Positions 56,198-64,000 of a stretch of DNA of 64,000 nt are shown piece by piece. Source of the DNA: an uncultured Eubacteriales bacterium (GTDB taxonomy: Bacteria > Bacillota > Clostridia > Christensenellales > UBA1242); contig CARJLX010000001.1 in assembly GCA_949001935.1 (NCBI GenBank), positions 195,231 to 259,230 on the forward strand, in the 5' to 3' direction. The position numbers were made by a program, and so were the translations under genes. Numbering within the stretch: position 1 is the first letter of the stretch; every line of letters starts with the position of its first letter. Below the pieces are notes generated by a model. It saw only the letters and a program-made list of their open reading frames with translations, was not told the origin of the DNA and did no database searches.

Positions 56198-58453
56198 TTA
56201 TACATACCATTTTTGCGAAAGGTCTGTATTCAAATGATTATTTGTAGATTTTATTAGGTCTACTTGTGTTGTTAAGGTTTGAGAAGATGTTATTTGTCCT
56301 GCAAAAGTAGTGATAAGGATAAACTTTTCTCTTGGCTTTAACATATCAAATTCTAATGTTAATTTGCCGTTTTTACCTTCAATACTTTCAAGCAGATTGC
56401 TTTCATTTATACTTTCTTTATAAATTTTATATTGATAATAATCTTTAGTATTCAATGTTAAAAAGGCCTTATTTTCTATAACTTTTCCTTTAAGTTCAGG
56501 GTCTTTTATTTGTGTGAATTTATTAGATATCTCGCTAGGTAAATTAAAGCGTGAGAATAGTTCTTCTTTAGTATATCTTGCAGGTGTGAAGGAATTTGCA
56601 AGTACTACTTTATGATTGTCTTCTAGTTCAGTTATATCTATTGGCATAGAAACTATACTTGAAGGTTGCTCGAATGTTGAATCATCTTTATTATTTATGA
56701 AATAATTTTTTACCACTGTAGTAGGCAATCCACCGCCGACAGCTTTTGTAGGACAGTTGTCTAAATTGCCAACCCAAATGCCACATGTTTGATTGTTTGT
56801 ATAACTCATATTCCATGCATCTAAATTTTCCTTACTTCCACTTTTGCCAACAGTTCCTGTTTTAGAAGCTATTTCAATATTGAGGTCGCTAAGTTTGCGA
56901 GCTGTACCAGTTTTGGCTGAAGTGCGTAGCATATCTGTCATAAGATAGGCACAATCTTCTCTTAAAACTCGCTTTTCTTCTGGTCTATGAACATAAACAA
57001 GTTTATCATTTTTATCGGTTATGTATGAAATAAATTTATTTTCAGCGTACATTCCTTTATTTGCAAGGGTGGTGTAAGCCGAGGCAAGTTGATTTATATT
57101 GACACCATAACGCATTCCACCGAGGGCAAGAGCATAATTGTCATCTCCTTCATCAAATTTGATTCCCATGCTTTGTGCATAACTTTTTGCTTTATCAATT
57201 CCTACATAAGAAAGTACTTTAACAGCGGGTATATTAATAGACTTAGAAACTGCATCTCTAGCACTTACATACCCATTATATTTTCCACCAACATTTTTAG
57301 GTGTGTAGCCAGAAATTGTTGTTTTTTCATCTAGAAGTTGTGTGCTGGGATTTATTATATCTTCATTTAAAGCTGGAGAGTAAACAAGGATTGGCTTTAT
57401 GCAAGAACCAGGTTGACGGCGAGCATTAATAATTTTGTAGGCGCTTCTACCTGTGTATGCTTCAACCGCATGCTTTTGATTATTTATTACTATACCAGCA
57501 TAATCGTCTTCACCTATGTCCACATTGTCAAATGCTTTTTCAAGTTGTTCTTGTTTTTCAAGATTTTGATATGTATGAAGTTGATAACCTGATAAAGCTA
57601 TTTGTTTGGCAGGCAATCCTAAAATTCTCATAGCCTCTTCTATTGCCGTTTCACTATAAGAATTAAGTTTGTTTTGTGTTTTGGTGTTGAGGTTGAGTTT
57701 TAAAGGTTCTTCTTTTGCAGCCATGTATTCTTGTAAGGTTATTTTGTCATCATTATGCATTTCTTTAAGAACAAGGTTTCGTCTATTTAATGAATTTTCG
57801 GGATTAGTTAATGGTGAGTATTTTACAGGCGATTTGATTATTCCAGCTAAGGTTGCTCCCTCAGTTAAAGTTAAGTCATGAGCTGGTTTAGAAAAATAAA
57901 AATTTGAAGCCTTTTCTATTCCATAGCAGTTGTTGCCAAAATATATAACATTAAGGTATTGCTCTAATATTTCATTTTTAGAAAATTGTTTTTCTAGTTT
58001 TTTTGTTAAAGCAACTTCTTTGATTTTTCTATTAAAAGTTTTTTCACTTGTAAGATGTGTGTTCTTGATTAATTGCTGACTTATTGTTGATGCACCTTCT
58101 TTCAAATTCATACTTTTTATATTGTTCACCATAGCTTTGGCGATTCTTTTATAGTTTACGCCATTATGTTGATAAAAAGTTTTATCTTCAATTGAAACGA
58201 ATGCATCTTTAACATGTTGTGGAATAGCGGATTCTTTTACAAAGCTTGAATTAAACATATTTTCATCTTTGATAGTTCTGTTATTGCTATCAAAAACCTC
58301 AATGGCAAGACTAGGGGATGTTAGTTTATTTGTATCTAATTGTATTGAAGAGTATTTAAACCAAATTCCGCCAAAATAAAGACCTAGTGCAATAAATAAA
58401 AGCACTAATATACACACAAAAGTTATAAAAGATATCTTGACAATTTTCTTCAT
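56198..58453 (-). CDS. Class A penicillin-binding protein (GT51 glycosyltransferase plus transpeptidase)
   Basis: GT51 motifs SIEDKTFYQHNGV, GASTISQQL, RKIKE. Transpeptidase motifs SCIKP (SxxK) and KTGT. Start is either the ATG at 58453 or the GTG at 58477. Confidence 0.9.
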   Translation of the reverse strand: MKKIVKISFITFVCILVLLFIALGLYFGGIWFKYSSIQLDTNKLTSPSLAIEVFDSNNRTIKDENMFNSSFVKESAIPQHVKDAFVSIEDKTFYQHNGVNYKRIAKAMVNNIKSMNLKEGASTISQQLIKNTHLTSEKTFNRKIKEVALTKKLEKQFSKNEILEQYLNVIYFGNNCYGIEKASNFYFSKPAHDLTLTEGATLAGIIKSPVKYSPLTNPENSLNRRNLVLKEMHNDDKITLQEYMAAKEEPLKLNLNTKTQNKLNSYSETAIEEAMRILGLPAKQIALSGYQLHTYQNLEKQEQLEKAFDNVDIGEDDYAGIVINNQKHAVEAYTGRSAYKIINARRQPGSCIKPILVYSPALNEDIINPSTQLLDEKTTISGYTPKNVGGKYNGYVSARDAVSKSINIPAVKVLSYVGIDKAKSYAQSMGIKFDEGDDNYALALGGMRYGVNINQLASAYTTLANKGMYAENKFISYITDKNDKLVYVHRPEEKRVLREDCAYLMTDMLRTSAKTGTARKLSDLNIEIASKTGTVGKSGSKENLDAWNMSYTNNQTCGIWVGNLDNCPTKAVGGGLPTTVVKNYFINNKDDSTFEQPSSIVSMPIDITELEDNHKVVLANSFTPARYTKEELFSRFNLPSEISNKFTQIKDPELKGKVIENKAFLTLNTKDYYQYKIYKESINESNLLESIEGKNGKLTLEFDMLKPREKFILITTFAGQITSSQTLTTQVDLIKSTNNHLNTDLSQKWYV

Positions 58454-58593
58454 TGCATATATTATGTGACTATTCACAAAAAATTATTTAAGATATAGAA
58501 TAATTTTTTCTTGAATTACGCTTGTGAAAATTTTACAAAAATGCTAAAATATATTGTAAATAACAAATTTATATTTGTTTTCAAAGAGGAAAA

Positions 58594-59727
58594 ATGAAAT
58601 ACTTTATTGTTACTTTTGGTTGCCAGATGAATGTGCATGATTCAGAAAAAATTGCTGGCATTTTAGAAAATTTAGGTTATAAGTGTGGGCAAAATCGAGA
58701 AGAAGCCGACATTATTGTTTTTAATACATGTGCTATTCGTGAAGGCGCTGAAGATAGAGTTTTTGGTAATGTTGGAGCCTTAAAAAAACAAAAAAAGATT
58801 AATCCTAATCTTATAATTGTTGTTTGCGGTTGCATGACGCAGAAAGCTAGCACGGCTCAATATATGAAAGAAACTTTTCCTTTTGTAGATATAGTTATTG
58901 GAACGCATAATGTTCCAAATCTTGCTTCATATATTATGAAAGTTAAAGCTAAGCAACAAAAGCGCATGCTTGAACTTTGGGAAGAGGGTGAAATTGATGA
59001 AAGTTTGCCTTATTCTAGATCAAGCGGAGATAATGCTTGGGTTAATATTATGCAAGGTTGCAATAATTTTTGTACATATTGTATTGTACCTTATGTTCGA
59101 GGCCGAGAAAAATCGAGAGAAAAAGAGAACATTTTAAATGAAATAAAACAACTTGTTTTGACAGGGAAATATAAAAAAATAACACTTTTAGGACAGAATG
59201 TAAACTCTTATGGAAAAGATTTATCACCTTCAGTTTCTTTTGCAAAATTATTAAAAGACATTTGTGCTATTGAGGGGGATTTTACAATAAGTTTTATGAC
59301 TTCACATCCCAAAGATTTAACTGATGAGGTTATTGAAACAATTGCTGTTGAGGATAAGATTGAAAAATATATACATCTTCCTGCTCAAAGTGGTGATAAT
59401 CGAATTTTGCACCTTATGAATAGAAAGTATACTCGCGAAACTTATCTTGAAATTATTAGAAAAATTAGAGAGCGTGTCCCAAATTGTAGAATAACTTCCG
59501 ATTTTATTGTGGGTTTTCCAACCGAAAGTGAGGAAGAGTTTTTGCATACAATGTCACTTGTAGAGGAAGTGCGTTTTGATAGTATTTTTGCTTTTATGTA
59601 TTCACCACGCGAAAATACAGTTGCTGCCAAGATGGATGGACAAATTACAGAAGAGGTAAAAAACGAAAGAGTTAATAAACTTTTGGCTTTGAATAAAAAA
59701 ATACAGATGGAGGATGGGAAAAAATGA
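58594..59727 (+). CDS. miaB: MiaB-type tRNA methylthiotransferase lacking the C-terminal TRAM domain
   Basis: TFGCQMNVHDSE, FNTCAIRE, radical-SAM CNNFCTYCIVP. The protein ends at aa 377, where TRAM normally begins. The stop overlaps the mutS start. Confidence 0.8.
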   Translation: MKYFIVTFGCQMNVHDSEKIAGILENLGYKCGQNREEADIIVFNTCAIREGAEDRVFGNVGALKKQKKINPNLIIVVCGCMTQKASTAQYMKETFPFVDIVIGTHNVPNLASYIMKVKAKQQKRMLELWEEGEIDESLPYSRSSGDNAWVNIMQGCNNFCTYCIVPYVRGREKSREKENILNEIKQLVLTGKYKKITLLGQNVNSYGKDLSPSVSFAKLLKDICAIEGDFTISFMTSHPKDLTDEVIETIAVEDKIEKYIHLPAQSGDNRILHLMNRKYTRETYLEIIRKIRERVPNCRITSDFIVGFPTESEEEFLHTMSLVEEVRFDSIFAFMYSPRENTVAAKMDGQITEEVKNERVNKLLALNKKIQMEDGKK

Positions 59728-62354
59728 TTGAAGATATCAATGAAGGCTCAGGATTTTATCGTCAATGGAAAACGATAAAAAACAATTATGAAGACTGCAT
59801 TCTTTTATTTAGAATGGGCGATTTTTATGAGATGTTTAACGATGACGCTTTAACAGCTTCAAGAGTTTTGGACCTTACTTTAACTAGAAAAAAGTGTGGA
59901 GATAAGGGACATGTTCCTATGTGTGGAGTTCCTCATCATTCTGTTCAAACTTATATTGGAAACTTGATTGATGCAGGATATAAAGTCGCAATTTGTGAGC
60001 AAATGTCTGAAGCAAAAAAGGGTGTGAAACTTATTGAGCGTGAAGTTGTTAAAGTTGTGACCCCTGGAACTGTAACCGAAGGTGAAATGCTTGATGAAAA
60101 TAAAAATAACTATCTTTTGGCAATTTATAAAAATGAAAAAGATATGGGCGTTAGTTATATTGATGTTTCAACAGGTGAGTTCTATGCAATGCCTATCGAA
60201 AATCATACCAGTGATTTAACAGATCTTGTCACAAGGATTTTGCCTAGAGAGGTTATTGCTAATAATGAGGCAAGAGAATTTTATAATCAACTTCCTATTC
60301 ATAGGCTTGGCGGTCTTCCAAAGGCAACAGATTATCCTGAGTGGGCTTTTAGTGATGCAAGGGCAAATCAAAACTTAAAAAATCATCTGGGTGAAAACTA
60401 TTTGAATGTTTATGAACTTAATGGTCAAAAACCTACTTGCTATGCTTGTGGGGCAATTTTGGAGTATGTAAATGAAACTCAAAAACGCCTAATGAAGAAT
60501 ATCAATAAACTTAAAATTATCAAAAATGAGAAGTTTTTGGTGGTTGATATGAATTCACGCCGTAATCTTGAGCTTGTTGAAACTATGCGTGATAGAAAAA
60601 AGACGGGTAGTTTATTGTCTATTGTAGATAAAACACGAACACCAATGGGTAGGCGTAAAATTCGTCAATTTTTTGATGAACCTTTAAAAGATGCAAAGGA
60701 AATTAATGCACGTCTTGACAGTGTAGAGGAACTTATAAAAAACACTCCAGTGAGAGATAGGCTTGCCGAAGCTCTTGTTTATATTCGTGATGTAGAGCGT
60801 TTGTCAGGTAAAATTGCCTCTAAAACTATTTTCCCTAAAGAAATGATAACATTAAAAAATTCTTTACAACAACTTCCTGCTGTTAAAGAGGCATTAAAAA
60901 ATGCCAGAACTACAAAACTTGTTTCATGTAGAGATAACTTAATTGATTTTTCTGCAATGGCTGATTTACTTGAAAAGGCTATAATGGATGATGAAAAATG
61001 TCCAACTACTTTAAAAGAGGGAGGATATATAAAGGATGGCTTTAATGGTGATCTTGATGATTATCGTCAAGCTCACTCTAAAGGCAAAATTTGGCTTATG
61101 GATTTGGAAAACAAGGAGCGTGAAGCTACAGGTATAAAAAATCTTAGGATTTCTTCAAATAAAGTTTTCGGATATTTTATAGAAATAAACAAACAATATG
61201 CCGACCTTGTTCCTCTTCGCTATACGCGAAAACAAACTATTGCAAACAACGAAAGATATATAACTGATGACCTTAAACATATTGAGGACAAGATTACAGG
61301 TGCAGCAGAAAATGCAGTTAGACTTGAACTTGTTTTGTTAAATAAAATTCGTGATTATCTTTTTGATTATGTAAAACAAATTCAGCAAATTTCTGTCGCT
61401 ATTGCTGAAATTGATACAATTCTTTCTTTTGCTCAGGTTGCTGTAAAAAATAACTATGTGAAACCTGTTATTAATAATAAGATTAATCATATCAGTATTG
61501 TTGAAGGGCGTCATCCTGTTGTTGAACAGTATGTTCGCAATGGAACGTTTATTCCAAATGATACTTTCTTAGATCAAGAGGCTGATAGAACAATGATTAT
61601 CACAGGACCTAATATGGCTGGTAAAAGTACATATATGAGGCAGGTTGCAATTATAACATTCTTAGCTCATATTGGTTGCTTTGTGCCAGCAAAGAGTGCT
61701 GAGATTGCTGTGACAGACAGAATATTTACGCGTGTTGGTGCTTCTGATGACTTAGCGTTTGGTCAAAGTACTTTTATGGTTGAAATGAGTGAAGTTGCAA
61801 CAATTTTAGCTAATGCTACAGATAAAAGTCTGATTATTTTGGATGAAATTGGTCGTGGAACTTCTACTTTTGATGGGCTTGCTATTGCGTGGTCAGTTGT
61901 TGAGCATATTGCAAAAAAATATAAAGCTAAAACTTTATTTGCAACTCACTATCATGAACTTACAGATTTAGAGGGGGTTCTTGATGGAGTTAAAAATTAT
62001 AAAATAGCAGTAAAAGAAAGTGGAGATAATGTTATATTCCTTCGCAAAATTGTAAGAGGTGGGGCAAACAGGAGTTTTGGTATTGAGGTTGCGCGTCTTG
62101 CTGGTCTTCCACAAGTAGTTTTAGATCGAGCTAAAGAAATAAGTGAAGGGCTTGAAAAAGTTAATAATAAATTAGATCTTAATATCTTTAAAGATGAAAA
62201 GCCTAAAGCAGAGCAAAATTCAAAAAAAGCGATAGCAATTTTAAACAGGCTTAAGGATATTGATATGAACATGGTTTCACCTATGACGGCATTTGATTTA
62301 TTAAATGACCTTGTTGGTGATGCAAAGACAGGGGAGGAAAAACATGGCAATTAA
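59724..62354 (+). CDS. mutS: DNA mismatch repair protein MutS
   Basis: LLFRMGDFYEMFNDDA, GPNMAGKSTYMRQ, LDEIGRGTSTFDG, THYHEL. Confidence 0.95.
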   Translation: MIEDINEGSGFYRQWKTIKNNYEDCILLFRMGDFYEMFNDDALTASRVLDLTLTRKKCGDKGHVPMCGVPHHSVQTYIGNLIDAGYKVAICEQMSEAKKGVKLIEREVVKVVTPGTVTEGEMLDENKNNYLLAIYKNEKDMGVSYIDVSTGEFYAMPIENHTSDLTDLVTRILPREVIANNEAREFYNQLPIHRLGGLPKATDYPEWAFSDARANQNLKNHLGENYLNVYELNGQKPTCYACGAILEYVNETQKRLMKNINKLKIIKNEKFLVVDMNSRRNLELVETMRDRKKTGSLLSIVDKTRTPMGRRKIRQFFDEPLKDAKEINARLDSVEELIKNTPVRDRLAEALVYIRDVERLSGKIASKTIFPKEMITLKNSLQQLPAVKEALKNARTTKLVSCRDNLIDFSAMADLLEKAIMDDEKCPTTLKEGGYIKDGFNGDLDDYRQAHSKGKIWLMDLENKEREATGIKNLRISSNKVFGYFIEINKQYADLVPLRYTRKQTIANNERYITDDLKHIEDKITGAAENAVRLELVLLNKIRDYLFDYVKQIQQISVAIAEIDTILSFAQVAVKNNYVKPVINNKINHISIVEGRHPVVEQYVRNGTFIPNDTFLDQEADRTMIITGPNMAGKSTYMRQVAIITFLAHIGCFVPAKSAEIAVTDRIFTRVGASDDLAFGQSTFMVEMSEVATILANATDKSLIILDEIGRGTSTFDGLAIAWSVVEHIAKKYKAKTLFATHYHELTDLEGVLDGVKNYKIAVKESGDNVIFLRKIVRGGANRSFGIEVARLAGLPQVVLDRAKEISEGLEKVNNKLDLNIFKDEKPKAEQNSKKAIAILNRLKDIDMNMVSPMTAFDLLNDLVGDAKTGEEKHGN

Positions 62355-64000
62355 TGTTTTAGAGCCAAGAGTATATAATCGAATAAGTGCAGGTGAGGTT
62401 GTTGAAAGACCAGCTTCTATTGTTAAAGAACTTGTTGAAAATTCGATAGATGCTGGTGCAAGCGAAATTTCAATAGAGATTGAAAATGGAGGAATAACAA
62501 AAATCCAAGTAGCTGATAATGGTTGTGGTATTGAAAAAGAAGACCTTGTTGTTGCGTTTAAACCTCATGCTACAAGTAAGATTAAAGATGTTGAGGATCT
62601 TGACAATATAATGTCACTTGGCTTTAGAGGTGAGGCTTTGGCAAGTATATCTTCTGTATGTCATGTTTATCTTTCTTCAAAAACAAAAAATGCAGAAGTA
62701 GGTTATTCTATTAGCGTAGATGGTGGTTATTTCAGTGAGGTTGAAGAGGTTGCTCGCCAAAACGGAACAACCCTTATAGCTAGAGATTTATTTTATAACA
62801 CTCCTGTCAGAGCTAAGTTTTTAAGAAAGCCTAAGAGCGAAGAAGCTGAAGTGACTCATTTGGTTGAAAAGTTTATGCTAGCACATCCAGAAATTGCTTT
62901 TCAATATTATATAGACGGAAAGTTGATGTATAACACAAGATGTGGTAGTATGCAAGACATAATATATACGATATACGGAAGGGACGTTTACGATAGTTTG
63001 ATTGAGGTTGATTATAAAGAAAGAGAATATCATCTTTCAGGTTATATTACAAAACCAAAGATTTCTAAAAGCAACAGAACTTTCCAAACCTTGTTTGTAA
63101 ATGGTAGATATGTTGAAAACTTTTTGATATCTTCAGCTGTACAAGGTGTTTATGAAAATTTTTTGATGAAGGGTAAATTCCCTCTTTATGTTCTTAATTT
63201 AAATGTCCCTGGGGATAGCGTTGATGTAAATGTTCATCCTTCTAAACGAGAGGTTAAGTTTGATAATTCATCTTGGATTTTTGGTTTTGTTCGTAGAGCA
63301 ATTGAAAAGGCTTTACTTCCATTAAATCAAATTGCTTCTTTTGTGACTAATGACATAGAAAAGTTACCAGAAGAGGATTCTCGAAGTGAATTCAATTTAT
63401 CTGGTTTTAATCCTTATCTGCGTTTAGAGCGTGAGCCAATAAGTGAAACGGAAGGTTCAAGTTATATAATTAGTGTAGATCACACTGAAGATTTAAAACC
63501 TTTGGAAGAGGTGGCAATTAAAACTGAACCTAAAGAGTATGTAAAGAAAAGAATGCCAGAACTTCCTCCAGATCTTAGCAATGTCAAACTTGAAGAGGAA
63601 TATATAGAAAAAAATAAAGAGGGAAATCCATATATTATCTTTGACCACTCAAAGGATGGTTTTGCGGCAGATATTATGTATAAAAATGAGTTGCATATAG
63701 AAAAAGACAAATTTTTAACAAGTTCTATTGCTGATGAGATGAAGATTTTGGGGACTATTTTTAACACATATATTCTTGTTGAGTTGGGGCAAAGTTTATT
63801 TTTAATAGATCAACATGCTGCTCATGAGAGGTTGTTGTATGATAAACTTGAAAAGGAAATAAATAGTGAATTAATTGTAAAGCAAGATTTACTTGTTCCT
63901 TATGTTTTCACACTTGGTGCTCTTGAAGTTATAAGCATGGAAAGAGTTATTAATGAGCTTGATAAAATAGGTTTCACAATACGAAATGTTGAGGGTTATA
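62344..64000 (+). CDS. mutL: DNA mismatch repair protein MutL (partial, continues past the window end)
   Basis: Absent from the ORF track because there is no stop in the window. Frame from the ATG at 62344 reads MAINVLEPRVYNRISAGEVVERPASIVKELVENSIDAGA, GFRGEALASI, VNVHPSKREV, DQHAAHERLLYD. Confidence 0.9.
   Translation, partial: MAINVLEPRVYNRISAGEVVERPASIVKELVENSIDAGASEISIEIENGGITKIQVADNGCGIEKEDLVVAFKPHATSKIKDVEDLDNIMSLGFRGEALASISSVCHVYLSSKTKNAEVGYSISVDGGYFSEVEEVARQNGTTLIARDLFYNTPVRAKFLRKPKSEEAEVTHLVEKFMLAHPEIAFQYYIDGKLMYNTRCGSMQDIIYTIYGRDVYDSLIEVDYKEREYHLSGYITKPKISKSNRTFQTLFVNGRYVENFLISSAVQGVYENFLMKGKFPLYVLNLNVPGDSVDVNVHPSKREVKFDNSSWIFGFVRRAIEKALLPLNQIASFVTNDIEKLPEEDSRSEFNLSGFNPYLRLEREPISETEGSSYIISVDHTEDLKPLEEVAIKTEPKEYVKKRMPELPPDLSNVKLEEEYIEKNKEGNPYIIFDHSKDGFAADIMYKNELHIEKDKFLTSSIADEMKILGTIFNTYILVELGQSLFLIDQHAAHERLLYDKLEKEINSELIVKQDLLVPYVFTLGALEVISMERVINELDKIGFTIRNVEGY

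Overview
This is an AT-rich (roughly one-third GC by eye) chromosomal segment of a Bacillota (Firmicutes)-type bacterium, probably a Clostridia-like and possibly spore-forming lineage. It uses standard code 11, since TGA is used as a stop. The window is densely packed with about 60 protein genes. Many starts overlap the preceding stop by 4 nt (ATGA), and many genes are followed by clear hairpin plus T-run terminators.

The content is mostly core housekeeping:
- murG
- a ParE/ParC-like type IIA topoisomerase pair
- tsaE-tsaB
- dnaG-sigA
- groES-groEL
- tadA, rlmH and greA
- RNase J and a TrmR-like O-methyltransferase
- the conserved block ftsK-rimO-pgsA-cinA-like-recA
- a class A PBP
- miaB-mutS-mutL (mutL runs off the window end)

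I found no rRNA, tRNA, CRISPR array, transposase, integrase, prophage or recognisable defence genes.

The observations most worth a second look are:
1. PgsA carries a C-terminal winged-helix domain that is clearly a paralogue of the FtsK gamma (KOPS-binding) domain encoded 2.4 kb upstream.
2. There are three paralogous tandem-OB-fold SSB-like proteins. Two of them sit in apparent operons with NodB/CE4 polysaccharide deacetylases, in opposite gene order.
3. An acyltransferase-3 gene has a 5' frameshift in an A5 run plus an internal G9 tract. A second G9 tract lies in a small ORF driven by a consensus promoter.
4. A double zinc-ribbon protein has a tail of about 110 aa that is almost pure Asp/Glu.
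5. An approximately 1110-aa bitopic surface protein is built of four beta-sandwich-like modules and has a cytoplasmic coiled-coil tail.
6. Several housekeeping-family proteins look degenerate or truncated: a TRAM-less MiaB, a Ppx/GppA-like protein with eroded motifs, and an ABC ATPase lacking the signature and catalytic Glu.

All functional calls come from motif recognition by eye. No database search was run.
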